Under the pieces are notes generated by a model. That model was not told the origin of the DNA. It saw only the letters and a list, made by a program, of their open reading frames with translations, and did not search any database. Below are positions 40,050 through 52,456 of a stretch of DNA of 64,000 bases, one piece after another (position 1 is the stretch's first letter; each line of letters starts with the position of its first letter). Origin of the DNA: Octopus bimaculoides (taxonomy: Eukaryota); NCBI RefSeq assembly GCF_001194135.2, contig NC_069001.1, positions 38,760,871 through 38,824,870 of the forward strand, read 5' to 3'. A program made the translations under genes and the position numbers.

Positions 40050-40175
40050 AAACATTTGGAAACAGGTGAGGATTGGTGACAGGAAGGGCATCCAGGTGTA
40101 GAAAAATCCTACTCAACAAATTCCATCCGACCCTTGCAAGCATGGAAAAGTGAACCTTAAAATGAGGATGACAGT
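40050..40175 (+). mobile_element. SINE family E 3' part (gacaggaagggcatccag.tgtagaaaa...gcatggaaaagtg.ac.ttaaa.tgatgatg)
   Basis: Same tail at 44505-44590(+), 48660-48770(+), 60170-60220(+), 43850-43885(-) and 48790-48830(-). Confidence 0.6.
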
Positions 40176-40464
40176 ACACCATAATTACACCTTCCTGTGG
40201 TTGTGTGCTGGTGCAGGCTTGGCTGTGTGGTAAGAAGCTTTGCTATGTACAGAAGTCTCAGTGTTGGTCCTTGTAAGGACAAACCTCTGTGTGTGATTCA
40301 GCTATCTTGTACACACATCAAGTACCCTTTGTAATATATGTCCTGCCCCCCCATATATGGGCATGTGATCTCTTTCACACACACTGACTATGGGGTACTG
40401 CATGTTTATATGTGTACGGTACCCTGTGCTACTTTTATACATATGGATAATCATTAACATGCCA

Positions 40465-40648
40465 AACTAAATGCTTAGCGGTATTTCATCTGTCTTTACA
40501 TTCTGAGTTCAAATTCTGCCGAGGTCTACTTGGCCTTTCATTCTCTCCGGGGTCAATAAAGTAAGTACTAGTTGAGCACTGGGGTCAGATGTACTCGACT
40601 TACCCTTCCCCCGAAATTACTGACCTTGTGCCAAGGTTTGAAACCATT
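40465..40648 (+). mobile_element. SINE family A copy, CpG-decayed
   Basis: Consensus match with several CG>CA/TG changes (tttcatct, tacattc, ttctgcc, gtcaataa). Confidence 0.8.
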
Positions 40649-41450
40649 TTATGTGTATGTGTTTAAGCCATGATATTTTGCTTCTGTAGTTTTTCATGAA
40701 TGCATGTAGCCTTAATGGTTAAGTTTTTGGTATCACTTTTGATTCCTGATCCAGGTGGAGCATTGCGTGCTTAAGCAAGATACTTTATTCTACATTGCTC
40801 TAGTTAACTCAGCTGTTAATAAACATCAATCAAGTACTGGTGTAGTCCTTTCTCCTCCCAGCAATGCTCCAACTGAGTCAAGTCTTGGAGAGCTGAGAGA
40901 GGAAAGGGCTGTGTCTACTTGGGACTCCACAGGTCCTTAAAACAGTTAGTGGAAGTATGGTATATGTTACCATGTCATGTTTGTGAGTGGTAGGGCTTTT
41001 AATCCTTCTTTCCTTCCTAAGTGACCCTGGGGTACAAATATTACATTTAATTAATTTCTCTTAACAAACTCTTTCTGCGACCAAAACTAATTCCTAGATA
41101 ATTATTTATTATTATTTAACATAATTTATGCACCAGTCATGTTTATTATTGTTAGATCAACTTTGACTAAAGGTGGTCCAGCCATGACCATCTCTGCTTC
41201 TGCTTTAGACAGTGTGTTGTAGACTATATTATACATTGTTTCTTCTCATTTTTTAGATGGTAAAGTGTGGATGAGGGGTATTTGGTTGTTATTTCTAAAT
41301 ATTGAAGTATCCATATCAAGGCTCCTGCATCTGACACCTTCCCCTAGGCTACCTGAGTACTGGCAGGTAACTTGTCCTACAACCAGAGTTGAACCTATCA
41401 CTAACTGCAACACAATAAATCACTGGGGGTAAATCATACCACTTTTGGTC

Positions 41451-41860
41451 CCTGAGGGTACCATAGAAGTGAGTTGTATCAACTCTGTGGTACTTACTTG
41501 AGGGTACTATAGGAATGAGTCACATCACCCTGTGGTACTTCCTTGAAGCTGTCATTAAATTTCACAGATGTGTCAAAATAATTAGACAGGGTTCTCATTA
41601 ATTATATAGATACACATTTGCATAATTTAGTAACTCACCCCTATAATTTCACAACACACCTGTCTAGTTTCATGTCACACCTATATAATTTAGTGATACA
41701 TCTGTTTCAAAATTATACAAGGACATGTAATTATGCAGGTGTGACACTAAATTATATAGGCATGTCATTAAATTACACTGGTGACATTCAAAATTATACA
41801 GGTGTGATGGACTGAATTATACAGGTATTTTATGAAATTATATGGGTGTTTTGTCAAATT
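41451..41860. repeat. 46-bp tandem duplication (41451-41545) followed by ~25-bp minisatellite units in opposing orientations (~41590-41850)
   Basis: cctgagggtaccatagaagtgag...tgtggtactt is present twice. cacacctatataatttagtg and cactaaattatataggcatg are inverted relative to each other. Confidence 0.6.
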
Positions 41861-42010
41861 GCCTGCATTCAGAATATTTTATCCAATATTTCACATTTAC
41901 AGATTACAATTAAATACCTACTAATTTAATGGCATGTCTCTTCTCACATGTTGACCCAAATACTTCTTATTTAATGGCTATATATGATGTTTAACCCTTT
42001 AGGATAGCTC

Positions 42011-42590
42011 CTACCTCTGCTGGTAACAAAGGACCTCTTGCTCAGAGTGAAATTTAGATTGTATGATGCATGTGTGCGAACTGCCATGCTACATGGTAGG
42101 GAAACAGGAGCCATACTGTTGAGGACATGCGTAGGCTTGAAAGAAATGAAGCTAGTATGATCTGCTGGATGTGTAATGTCAGTGTGCACACATGACAGAG
42201 TGTAAGCGCCCTGTGAGAAATGTTGGACATAAGAAGCATCAGATGTGGTGTGCAAGAGAGACGACTGCACTGGTATGGTCATGTGTTACATATGGATGAG
42301 GAGAGCTGTGTGAGGAAGTGCCATTCCCTAACAGTGGAAGAGGGAGACCCAGGAAGACATGGAATGAGGTGGTGAAGCAGGACCTTCGAACGTTGGGCCT
42401 CACAGAGGCAATGATGAAAGACTGAGACCTCTGGAGATATGCTGTGATTGAGAAGACCCGGCAAGTAAAGTGAGTCCACAGCCATAGCCTAAACCAGTGG
42501 CGCATAACGAGCCTGTCGGGCGACATGCCATGCTTGAGAAGACCTACCTATTGAATCAAGTAAAATCAAAATCTAATCAAATCACAATAA
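42011..42590 (+). mobile_element. RTE-clade LINE ORF2 C-terminal fragment plus 3' UTR, decayed
   Basis: LPLLVTKDLLLRVKFRLYDACVRTAMLHGRE...EDMRRLERNEASMICWMCNVSV...QERRLHWYGHVLHMDEESCVRKC...GRPRKTWNEVVKQDLRTLGL...DLWRYAVIEKTRQVK*. The RL.WYGHV.R and GRP..TW...V..DL motifs are typical of RTE. Confidence 0.9.
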
Positions 42591-42616
42591 AAAAACATGA
42601 TATATATATATATATA

Positions 42617-43760
42617 TTGGGTCATCCCATAAATCATGCATTTTTTTAATACTTTTTTTATTTTTCGCAATTAAGATAAACAAAGTTCTTTTTTTAAACT
42701 AAAATATACTCTCCTTCAATGGTCTTCCATCTATCTGGTAGACTTGCAAGGCCCCTCTTCCAAATTTCACTTGTCCATGATGAAATATAATCCTCCAGTT
42801 CTGTTCTGACCTCGTCTACAGAATTCCTATTTTTCCCATCCAAATGATTTTGAAGACTGTGGAATAAATAATAATCAGATGGGGCAATGTCCGGCGAATG
42901 TGGTGGGTGGGGCATCATTTCCCACTGAAACTGCTCCAGCCTTTGGAATGTCATCTTCACTGTATGTGTCTGAGCATTATCCTGATGGAAGAGCACCTTT
43001 CTTCTTGAAACCAAAGATGGTTGTTTGTCTTCTAGCGCTGACTCAAGCCTCTCAAGCTGCTCACAGTAGATCTCCTTTGTTATCGTTTGGTTTGGGTTTA
43101 AAAGTTCAAAGTGGACTAAACCTTTTGTATCCCACCAAACAGATAACAACACCTTACGTGGGTGAAGACCTTCTTTAGCCTTGGGTGCCAGTGTTTCTCC
43201 TTTCCCCACCTACTCTTCGGTGCTTGACATTTTTATAGAGAATCCGTTTCTCATCACAAGTCACTATTCGGTCCAAAGAAGAGCACACATTCACTCTCTG
43301 CACGCGATTAGACTCGGAAAGTTTGTGAGGAACCCATTGACCCAATTTGGTGACTTTTCCAATGGCATGCAGGTGTCGATGAATGGTTGAATGACCAAAT
43401 CCAAGCTTCTCTGCTAGTTCCTCAACAGTTACAATAAGATTTTGTTCCACCAGGGTTCGCAGGACATCCTTGTCGAACTCTACAGATCTTCCAGCATGAG
43501 GCTCGTCATCTAGGCTGTAGCTTCCAGCTCGGAATTTCTGGAACCACTGTTGACACTGGCTTATGCTTATTGTCCAATCCCCATATCCTGCATTAATATT
43601 CCTCGCACTTTCTGTTGTGTTGTGGCCTTTATTGAATACAAAAAGCAAAATATGCCAAATATGCTCCTTTGTCACTTCCCTTTGAAAAAATAACTGTTAA
43701 AATTGAACTGCACTCTTCAAGACTTGCACTAAGAATAAGTACAAGGTAAAATTACTCCCT
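42617..43760 (-). mobile_element. Mariner (Tc1/mariner, DD34D) transposon with frameshifted transposase; one TIR visible
   Basis: ORFs 43175..43675 and 42694..43209 give the HTH region, WVPHKL, IVTCDEK, VWWD, FHQDNA-x-HSPDIAPSDY with exactly 34 residues between the 2nd and 3rd Asp. TIR-like ttgggtcatcccataaat starts at 42617 after a TA run. No matching TIR is seen near 43750. Confidence 0.95.
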
Positions 43761-44099
43761 GCTTTTATAGCAAGTTGATGCAGGTAGTTTATCTCGTCCC
43801 CATCCCGTTTTCACAGCTATTCTCCTGTCATCGTCGTTGTCATCATCATCATTGTTTAACATCCGTTTTCCATGCTGGCATGGGTTTGAGATTTTCTGGA
43901 TGTCTAAAAATTTATGTCTGTATAACATAAAAGGGGACGCACAGCTGTGAAGTAATGAACTTTTGCAACCATCTGGTTCAGTGTTGGTTCCACTGTGTTG
44001 CAGTGAACGGAATTGGTAGATGGAAACTGTGAAGAAGCTTGTCACATCTATGTGTGTCTATGTATTAATATACATATTAACGTTCTTGGCCATTTGCAA

Positions 44100-44308
44100 G
44101 GCGCTGAGCTGGCCGAATTGTTAGCATGCCAGCCGAAATGCTTAGTGGCATTTTGTTCATGTTCACATTCTGCTGGGGTCCACTTTGCTTTCCTCCTTGG
44201 GGTGGGGTGTCAAAAAATTATATATCGGTTGAATTCTGGGGTTGTGATTTAATCAATTCAACCTCTCCCCTAAACCTGCTGGTCTTGTACCAAAATTTGA
44301 AAGCAATA
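44100..44308 (+). mobile_element. SINE family A copy, degenerate
   Basis: ggcgctgagctggccgaattgttagcatgccagccgaaatgcttagtggcatt...ggtcttgtaccaaaatttgaaa. Confidence 0.75.
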
Positions 44309-44664
44309 TTATTGGCCAGTTATTTTATATTTACTAATATAAGACAAAGTCGAGACAGTGAATAGAATCTGTTGATGAAAACTGTAAAGAAGCCCGTTGT
44401 GTGTGTGTGTCAGTGAAAATGATGTCTTATGTTTACAATTCCTGTTGAAACAGTCCCGTAGCTTCTGTTTTTGATGTGTGAGAACAGTGCAATGCCTTGG
44501 TAACAGGTAAGGGCGAGTGACAGGGAGAGCATCCAGCTGCAGAAAATCTACATCAAGTTTTGTCTAACCCATACTAGCATGGAAAAACAAAACAACACAC
44601 ATACTCACACACACACGCATGCATACACACACATACACATACATCCACACTCTCAGATTCGTGT

Positions 44665-44930
44665 TCTCCTACTTGTACATGGAATAGCATTCATCCAGGG
44701 TCGGTTGAGTTCTCCACATCCTTCACAAATGCTGACCACACCCGAGTGTCAGCCTCAGTCGAGGCTGCAATGGATACCCACTCTCACTTCTTCTCCTGGT
44801 GACTGTAGGTGCAGGGGTTCGATTGTGCTTCCATGTCCACCTTTACCATCACCAGCCACGTCTTCAATTGTCATCCTGCTCGTTAGGGCCAACCTCATCC
44901 AGACCATCCTTCCGGATACGTATCCATACA
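44665..44930 (-). mobile_element. Probable highly decayed RTE/BovB-like LINE 3' end
   Basis: Minus strand ends ...ADTRVWSAFVKDVENSTDPG* followed by atgctattccatgtacaagta, resembling recalled RTE-BovB C-termini. The upstream frame is broken. Confidence 0.4.
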
Positions 44931-45209
44931 TATAGGAATGCCAAGCTGTTAATTTATTAAAGCAATCACATATTGAACTGCTTTATCTCGAATCTGTATA
45001 TTTTATAGTGTGCGTAAGTGTATATGGGTGTATAGACACACATGCACACACACACACAAGTCTATCACTTGTGTGTCAGAGCTGGCAACGTATTTGTTAG
45101 CAGGAGGGAAAGTACAACTGTAACTTGTTTCTCTCTCTGCTTTGCTTGTCAGAGTGACTGACTATGGCAGCAGGCTGGCTCACACACTTCACAACAGTTT
45201 GATGATTCC

Positions 45210-46056
45210 TTTCTACTATAGGCACAAGGCCTGAAATTTTTAGAGTGCGGGGTGGGGGAAGTCAATTACATTGACACCAGTACTCAACTGGTACTTATTT
45301 TATTGACCCCGTATGACAGGCAAAATCAACCTCGGCGGAAATTGAACTCAGAATGTAAGGATGGTTGAAATGCTGTAAAGCATTTTGCCCGGTGTGCTAA
45401 CGATTCTGCCAGCTCGCTGGTAATAATAATAATAATTTAATCTTTTATTGGCCACAAGGGCTATCATAAAAGCAACATGAAATGATAAAACCGGATGATA
45501 CAAAGTCTTTTAGAACGTGTATGTAAAATAAACAAGGAAAAAAAAAAACAAATATGACTCCCAGTTGGGGGAGGCGCTTTAAGGCTACTTGTGGCAAACG
45601 AAAGCCATGGGTGCCTGACCAACAGGACTAGAGCCTTTTTTTTTTTTTTAAACATAGGTGTATACTTGGAATTGGTCCTTTCACACTGACCGTTTTCCCA
45701 ATCCTTTCTACTTTAGGCACGAGCCTGAAATTTGTAGGGAGGAGTTTAGGGGGTTAGTTGATTACATCAACCCCAGTGCTCAACTGGTACTTACATTATT
45801 GACCCTGCAAGGATGAAAAGCAACGTCAACCCTGATGGAATTTGAACTCTGATAATAATGATAATAATGGTTTCAAATTTTGGCACAAGGCTAGCAATTT
45901 TTGGGGAGAGGAAGTCAGTTGCACCAACTGTTCCTTATTTTATCAACTCTGAAAGGATGAAAGGAAAAGTTTATCTCAGCGGAATTTGAACTCCGAATGT
46001 AGAGACAAATGAAACGCCTTTAAGAATTTTGCCTGGCATGCTAATGACTTTGCATC
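45210..46056 (-). mobile_element. Stack of minus-strand retroelements: SINE A (45210-45420), Tx1 3' end (45422-45700), SINE A (45705-45850), SINE A (45858-46056)
   Basis: Each segment matches the corresponding family elsewhere in the window. Confidence 0.8.
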
Positions 46057-46670
46057 TTAATAATAATAATAATAATAATATTACTACAGCTGGGGTAAAG
46101 TGTATCTAGCTTCCAATAGAATATATTAAGAAGATGGAAAATGTTCTCCCTCGTGGTTGACCCTTTTGATACAAACATCATTTCAGGTTTTCTGATACAA
46201 AACTTTTAAATTTAAATGAACATTTTCTTGTTTTAATTCCATGGAACAATCTTCTATGCTCTGTTTTTACCTGAAAGACCAATGTATATATATTTGTCTT
46301 GTGTTCTAAATACTGTCTTAATATAGTAACAGATGTTTGTCTTTTGTTATGTTCCAAACACCATTTTGACAGTTAAAAAGTTATTTTACTAAATCTCTTC
46401 AAATTCTTGATTAGTTTCAAAATTAATTGAAGTATCCAGTGTAAGCAAAATTTCTTGAGAAGTATGGTAACAGAGAAAGGCCTATATTATTTACTCTTTA
46501 AAATTTTTATGAGAGGTCTTTTTTTTTTTGTTTTAAATATTTTAAGGTTTTCTTAATATATCTACAACATCCTTTGCATTGAAATAGCAACCAAACTCCC
46601 TTAAATAACCTCCTATTATTTAGGAAAAAGGAAGGGACATAGTTGATAATGTAGTCCTAGATTGCCTTAA

Positions 46671-46886
46671 CCCTTTAGCATTCAAACTAGCCATATCTAG
46701 CCTAAATATTCTCTGTTTTATGTTCATGCTGGTCAGATCTAGCCTCTCATATCCACCCTACAATGTCATTCTAAAAATAAACAATCACATCATTGAAATC
46801 TCAGAGATATGAGATAATCCAGGATTAATTCAAGACAATGTGAATAAATAAGCATTGGATTTGACAGTAATCTGAACACTAAAGAA
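46671..46886. mobile_element. piggyBac-type MITE (TTAA TSD)
   Basis: ttaa|ccctttagcattca ... tgaacactaaagaa|ttaa, with TTAA at 46667-46670 and 46887-46890 and a degenerate CCCTTTAGCATTCA TIR. Confidence 0.6.
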
Positions 46887-47219
46887 TTAAACGAGTGTGT
46901 GTGTGTGTGTGTGTGTGTACAAAAGGAAGATTTATTCAGGAATCCTTGTAGGGTAAACCTTGTTCCTCAAAGAAATATTTTCCTTTTAAGTTCTGAGTTT
47001 TGTAAAATGATTTACTGTTTGTAAGGATTCTTGATTGTAGAATCTTTATATTGTTTGGATTTATATGCTATATTAAATGAATCTGTATCTTGTATTACAC
47101 TGTACATGATGGGTTTTCTGGTATTGAGTACTTTAATTGGAGACAGTCTCCATACTGTGCATGTTTGTGTGTGTGCATGCATGTTTATATATGTGATATA
47201 TGCACACACACACACATGC

Positions 47220-47302
<83 letters not shown>

Positions 47303-47989
47303 CACACAAATTTTGAACAAATAAGTAAACTCTACTAGATATATTGAGCACTCTGTGGTACATCAGGTATTTGTGTGTGTGTTTATCTCTAAATTAGTAT
47401 TTCTCCAGGTGGAGTGTGGTATGAGTTGGTTGGACAAGGCTTACTACAATACAGCTTAGATGTCCAGGACAAAGAGGACAGAGAAAGCGAGAGAAAAAAA
47501 ACAAGAGTGTATTGGTCAGGTAGATTATCATGTGACTAGGTTTCTTTTGTCCAATGTTGAGATTGGGTGGAGTTTGGCTGTTATTTCTTGCAAATATAGA
47601 AAAAGAATTGTTAAAATGTTTTGTGTATTGTAGAAATATAACCAATTCCTTTGCAGACAAATTTTGACGACCAAATCTTATATAGACCCTAATTGGGAGC
47701 CAGATGTAGAGGCTTCCTTCATGCATCCTGATAGTTTTCAACTAAGGTGTTACTATGGGGGTAATGTGGTTCCTTATAATTTCCTTCTCCATCTAAAGCT
47801 TCCCTCCCATACAGTACCCCCTTTCTCTTTGATTTCAATTCCATATCTGGTCTTTTAAGATTCTCACTTCAGATCTCATCAAAGTCAGTGTTACTTTTTA
47901 TCCCTCTGGGGTCAATAAAATAAAGGATCAGTCCAGTGTTGTCGCCATTCAATTGTTTAACCTCTCCCCAAACGTGTGACCTTTCGATA

Positions 47990-48165
47990 GCCATGCAAAA
48001 TGCTTAGTGTATTTCATCCGTCCACATTCTGAGTTCAGATTCCACCAGAGTTGACTTTACCTTTCATCCTTTCAGGGTCGATAAAATAAGTCCCAGAGTC
48101 AAGTTCTGGGGTTGATGTAATAGACTGTCGCCCTTCTCTGAAATTTCAGGCCTTATGCCTATAAT
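47990..48165 (+). mobile_element. SINE family A copy, CpG-decayed
   Basis: Consensus match with CG>CA/TG changes (cttagtg, tttcatcc, ttccacc, gttgact, tttcaggg). Confidence 0.8.
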
Positions 48166-49224
48166 GGAAAGGATTAATGGCCTTGAAAGGCAAGGGTGTT
48201 GATGAAAAGAGTAAAAATAGTGGACAAAAGACGAAACAGTATTTGGGTACACTTTGTCCATTATTTGGGGGATAGGTGCTATTAAATAAAGTCCAAGTCA
48301 AGTAAGGGACTATATGGAGTGGGGTTGGCACTAAAGGGTTGTAGAATTCTTTGATCAAACCTGTATCTTTGTGTGGCTGGGAGATGCAGGCATGGCTGTG
48401 TGGTCGAGAAGCTTGCTTTCCGACCACAGAGTTTTCTGTGCAGTTCCACCGTTTGGATTTGAGTGGATGGAAACTGATAGAAGCTTGTCGTGTGTGTGTG
48501 TGTGTGTGCATGCACATGTGTGAGTATGTGTATGTTTGTGTTTCCTTGTCCTGTCATTGCATGATAGTCGTAAATGATTATCACTGTCATATAAGCAGTG
48601 TTGTTAATTTCCAATATTCTGCGAAAACATGTCAGACCATTGGCAAAATATTACTTTGGTTGGAAACAGGTGAGGGTTGGTTGTAGGGTGGGCTGTAGAA
48701 AGTATGCCTCTAAACTCCGTCTGACCCATGCAACTTTGGTAAAGTGGCCGTTAAGATTATTATGATGATACACACACATACATTCCTACATCATTGTTTT
48801 AAAGTCTACTTTCCCATGCTTGCATTGGTCAGATGCAGTGTGAATGTATAGATTTTTATATAGCTTGTACGGCTACACATTGTATAACATGTTTTTTGTC
48901 CCTTTATTTTTTTATATATCACTATGGCTCCAGGTTCAGTCCCACTGCATGGAACCTTGAGCATCTTCTAGTATGGCCTCAGACTGACCAAAGCCTTGTG
49001 AGTGTATTTAGTGGACAGAAACTGAGAAGCCTGTCGTATGTGTGTGTGTATGTGTCTTTCTGTTTGTGTTTGTCACCGGTGTTGGTGTGTTTATGTCCCC
49101 ATAACTTAACCGTTTAAAAAATTTAGTACTGGGGTCAATTCATTCGACTAAAGCTTTCTTCAAGGCTGCCCCAGCATGGTCGCAGTTTAATGACTGAAAC
49201 AAGTAAAAGGTATTTTATAAAGGC

Positions 49225-49440
49225 GGCGAGGAGCTGGCTGAAACGTTAGCACGCCGGGCGAAATACTTAGCGGTGTTTCGTCTGTCTTTACGTTCTGAGT
49301 TCAAATTCCGCCGAGATTGATTTTGCCTTTCATCCTTTCGGGGTAGATAAATTAAGTACCAGTTGCGTACTGGGGTCGATCTAATCGACTGGCCCCCTCC
49401 TCCAAAATTTCGGGCCTTGTGCCTAGAGTAGAAAAAAAAA
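49225..49440 (+). mobile_element. SINE family A, best-preserved full-length copy
   Basis: ggcgaggagctggctgaaacgttagcacgccgggcgaaatacttagcggtgtttcgtctgtctttacgttctgagttcaaattccgccgag...gggccttgtgcctagagtagaaaaaaaaaaa. Confidence 0.9.
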
Positions 49441-50906
49441 AAGGATATATGAATGGTTCCAAGTGGCAAAATAAAATGGGGTTGCAAGAACTGGAAAAAG
49501 GTGTATGTCTTTGGTAGGTTAAGGGTCCTTCGATATTGTTCCACCAACCAATATCTAAGGAGGGTACAGAGCTGTTGCGTTTCTCTATCTGACAAAAATA
49601 ATGTCAACTTTGTCGAGGTGGAGAAATAAAAGTAACACTGGGTGGTCATGGCTGGGAGAGCATTGGTTTGAAGGTCTGCTTGACATAAAATGGTGACTTG
49701 TTTGTGAGATTGATTGAAGTTCTTACTCTATTGAAGTTGGTGTACTCACTGGAACCGTAAACGTTGTCTTTGTGTAACTTTCATTGATCTTTGTCTATCA
49801 CACATTGGTGAGAGAGAGTAAGATAGACTCGCGCGCGCACGGATATACACACACGTACAGTGAGAGAGTATGGTGCAGTGCTTAGTGTTTCGAGCACTTA
49901 GCAGTGTGTATATACATATATCTATATATATATATATAGATATATGTTACACACTGCCTGCTACTGTTGCTGTCACCACCACCATCACCACTATCGCCTT
50001 ACAGTCACTATGTTATTTCACCACCGTCGCCGCTGCTGGTTCAGCTGCCACCGCCACCACCACTTCTGTTGTTCTATCCACCGTTACCACCGCCTTATAA
50101 TAAGTAACCCCCACCACCACCATCGTCGTTGCCTTACAATCACTATACCGCTCCGCCGTCTCCTTCTCACCTCACCGCTACTGCTGCTTTTCCTCGGCCA
50201 TCTTGTTTTATTTCTGCCAATCTCCAGAAAAATTGTATTAAATCTTAATAAAAAAGAGAAACGATAATTTTATTTTACTATGTTAGTAATTGCCCAGTAC
50301 AATATCCACATTGACTGTTACTAGTTAATATTATTAACAAGATAATTGTGATTATTATTGATAGCTTATGTATTGTCTAATGCGGCTTTGTGTGTGTGTG
50401 TGTATAAATAGTACCATTAGTGTGTGAGTGCGCGTAATGGTGTCACTAATTGTGTGTAACGGCATCATTACTGTATGTGTGTGTGATGGTAACACTAGTA
50501 TGTGTATAGTGTGTTCAAGCTTTCTGAAACGTCTTGGCTTGTTTAACCCTCGGTCTTCCTTGATCGAGAAGATTTATAATGAAAGGCATTGCAGCTGTAC
50601 CCACCATGTTTCTTTTCTTTTAAACATACTCCACCTAAAACTTATATTTTACAATGTGTTGTTTCCATTTTAAGAGGTTACAGGTGTAATTTGAAGGCTA
50701 TTTAGCTGTTATTTCTAGTAGGTTCAGTGACCACCAAAGAAGCTTCCTGTTGTGCATGAAGTCTTGCACTGTGTTTTGTGAACTATTTCTTTCTGTAATT
50801 TAAAATATTTCACATAGCAACACTCTGACCAATTCACATTCAGATGGGCTGTTAATAAAAGACCCTAAAAACCAAGAAAATGGGACAGACAATATCTAGA
50901 TGTGCT

Positions 50907-50954
<48 letters not shown>

Positions 50955-52418
50955 TATATGTGTGTTGTGTGTGAGTCACTGACTAGAACAGATATTTGAA
51001 GCTGTTATGAAAACGACGGCAAATATTAGTGGAAGCCATGTTTAGCATGTTTGATAACAGCTTGTCTCTACCACTATCAACCGTCTGTTTCTCGCTCATT
51101 TCTTTTATTTCGAAGTCCTCTCATTTCGTTCCTAGAAATATTATTTTTATTATTTCAGGGACTTTTTATTCAAATTTGTTCTGTTCTGTGTATATATATT
51201 TATGGAAATTTCAGAAATTATAAAAATTAATAAAAGAAATATTTTTTTTTTGGTTTGATTTATTTTATGTTAATGTGTGACAGTTATGCTAATTAGGTCC
51301 CCGAAAGGGTGAGAGTGAGGAAAGGTGCCATATTGAACCAGATTTTGAAAGTCCTTCCTTGTAAGACCCTTCAAACACAGATATCAAACCTGCAATTTAA
51401 ACTAACTCCGACACTTCATAGTAATCCGAATGCTTTGTTTAAAGAAATATTCTAAATTATACCAGAGCTCTAGTCAAACCTTGATTTGCGGCCATTTAAA
51501 AATTCTCGTTTTCTTTTTGCTTAAAAAAATAAATTTCTTCATGTATTTTCCTACCTTTTGTCGTACTTGCCTTTATTTCAGACACTACTTTTACGGAACG
51601 AATATATTATCCGGATTAATTTTATATTAATTGTGCATTATATATATATATATNNNNNNNNNNNNNNNNNNNNNNNNNNNNNNNNNNNNNNNNNNNNNNN
51701 NNNNNNNNNNNNNNNNNNNNNNNNNNNNNNNNNNNNNNNNNNNNNNNNNNNNNNNNNNNNNNNNNNNNNNNNNNNNNNNNNNNNNNNNNNNNNNNNNNNN
51801 NNNNNNNNNNNNNNNNNNNNNNNNNNNNNNNNNNNNNNNNNNNNNNNNNNNNNNNNNNNNNNNNNNNNNNNNNNNNNNNNNNNNNNNNNNNNNNNNNNNN
51901 NNNNNNNNNNNNNNNNNNNNNNNNNNNNNNNNNNNNNNNNNNNNNNNNNNNNNNNNNNNNNNNNNNNNNNNNNNNNNNNNNNNNNNNNNNNNNNNNNNNN
52001 NNNNNNNNNNNNNNNNNNNNNNNNNNNNNNNNNNNNNNNNNNNNNNNNNNNNNNNNNNNNNNNNNNNNNNNNNNNNNNNNNNNNNNNNNNNNNNNNNNNN
52101 NNNNNNNNNNNNNNNNNNNNNNNNNNNNNNNNNNNNNNNNNNNNNNNNNNNNNNNNNNNNNNNNNNNNNNNNNNNNNNNNNNNNNNNNNNNNNNNNNNNN
52201 NNNNNNNNNNNNNNNNNNNNNNNNNNNNNNNNNNNNNNNNNNNNNNNNNNNNNNNATATATATATAATTAAAATGAGGAGAATGAAGAATTTGAACATTC
52301 AAGCTTTATGTTTATTTCCAGTTAGATTACCAAAAAACGCACCACTTCAGAAGGAACCGGCCTTGGCAATATTACTCAGAGGAATTCGATATCTGCCGAG
52401 ATATCATATCCCTCCTCT

Positions 52419-52456
<38 letters not shown>

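Noticed and set aside
49225-49320. tRNA genes
   Set aside because: The A/B-box-like motifs belong to SINE heads, and no complete cloverleaf is evident.
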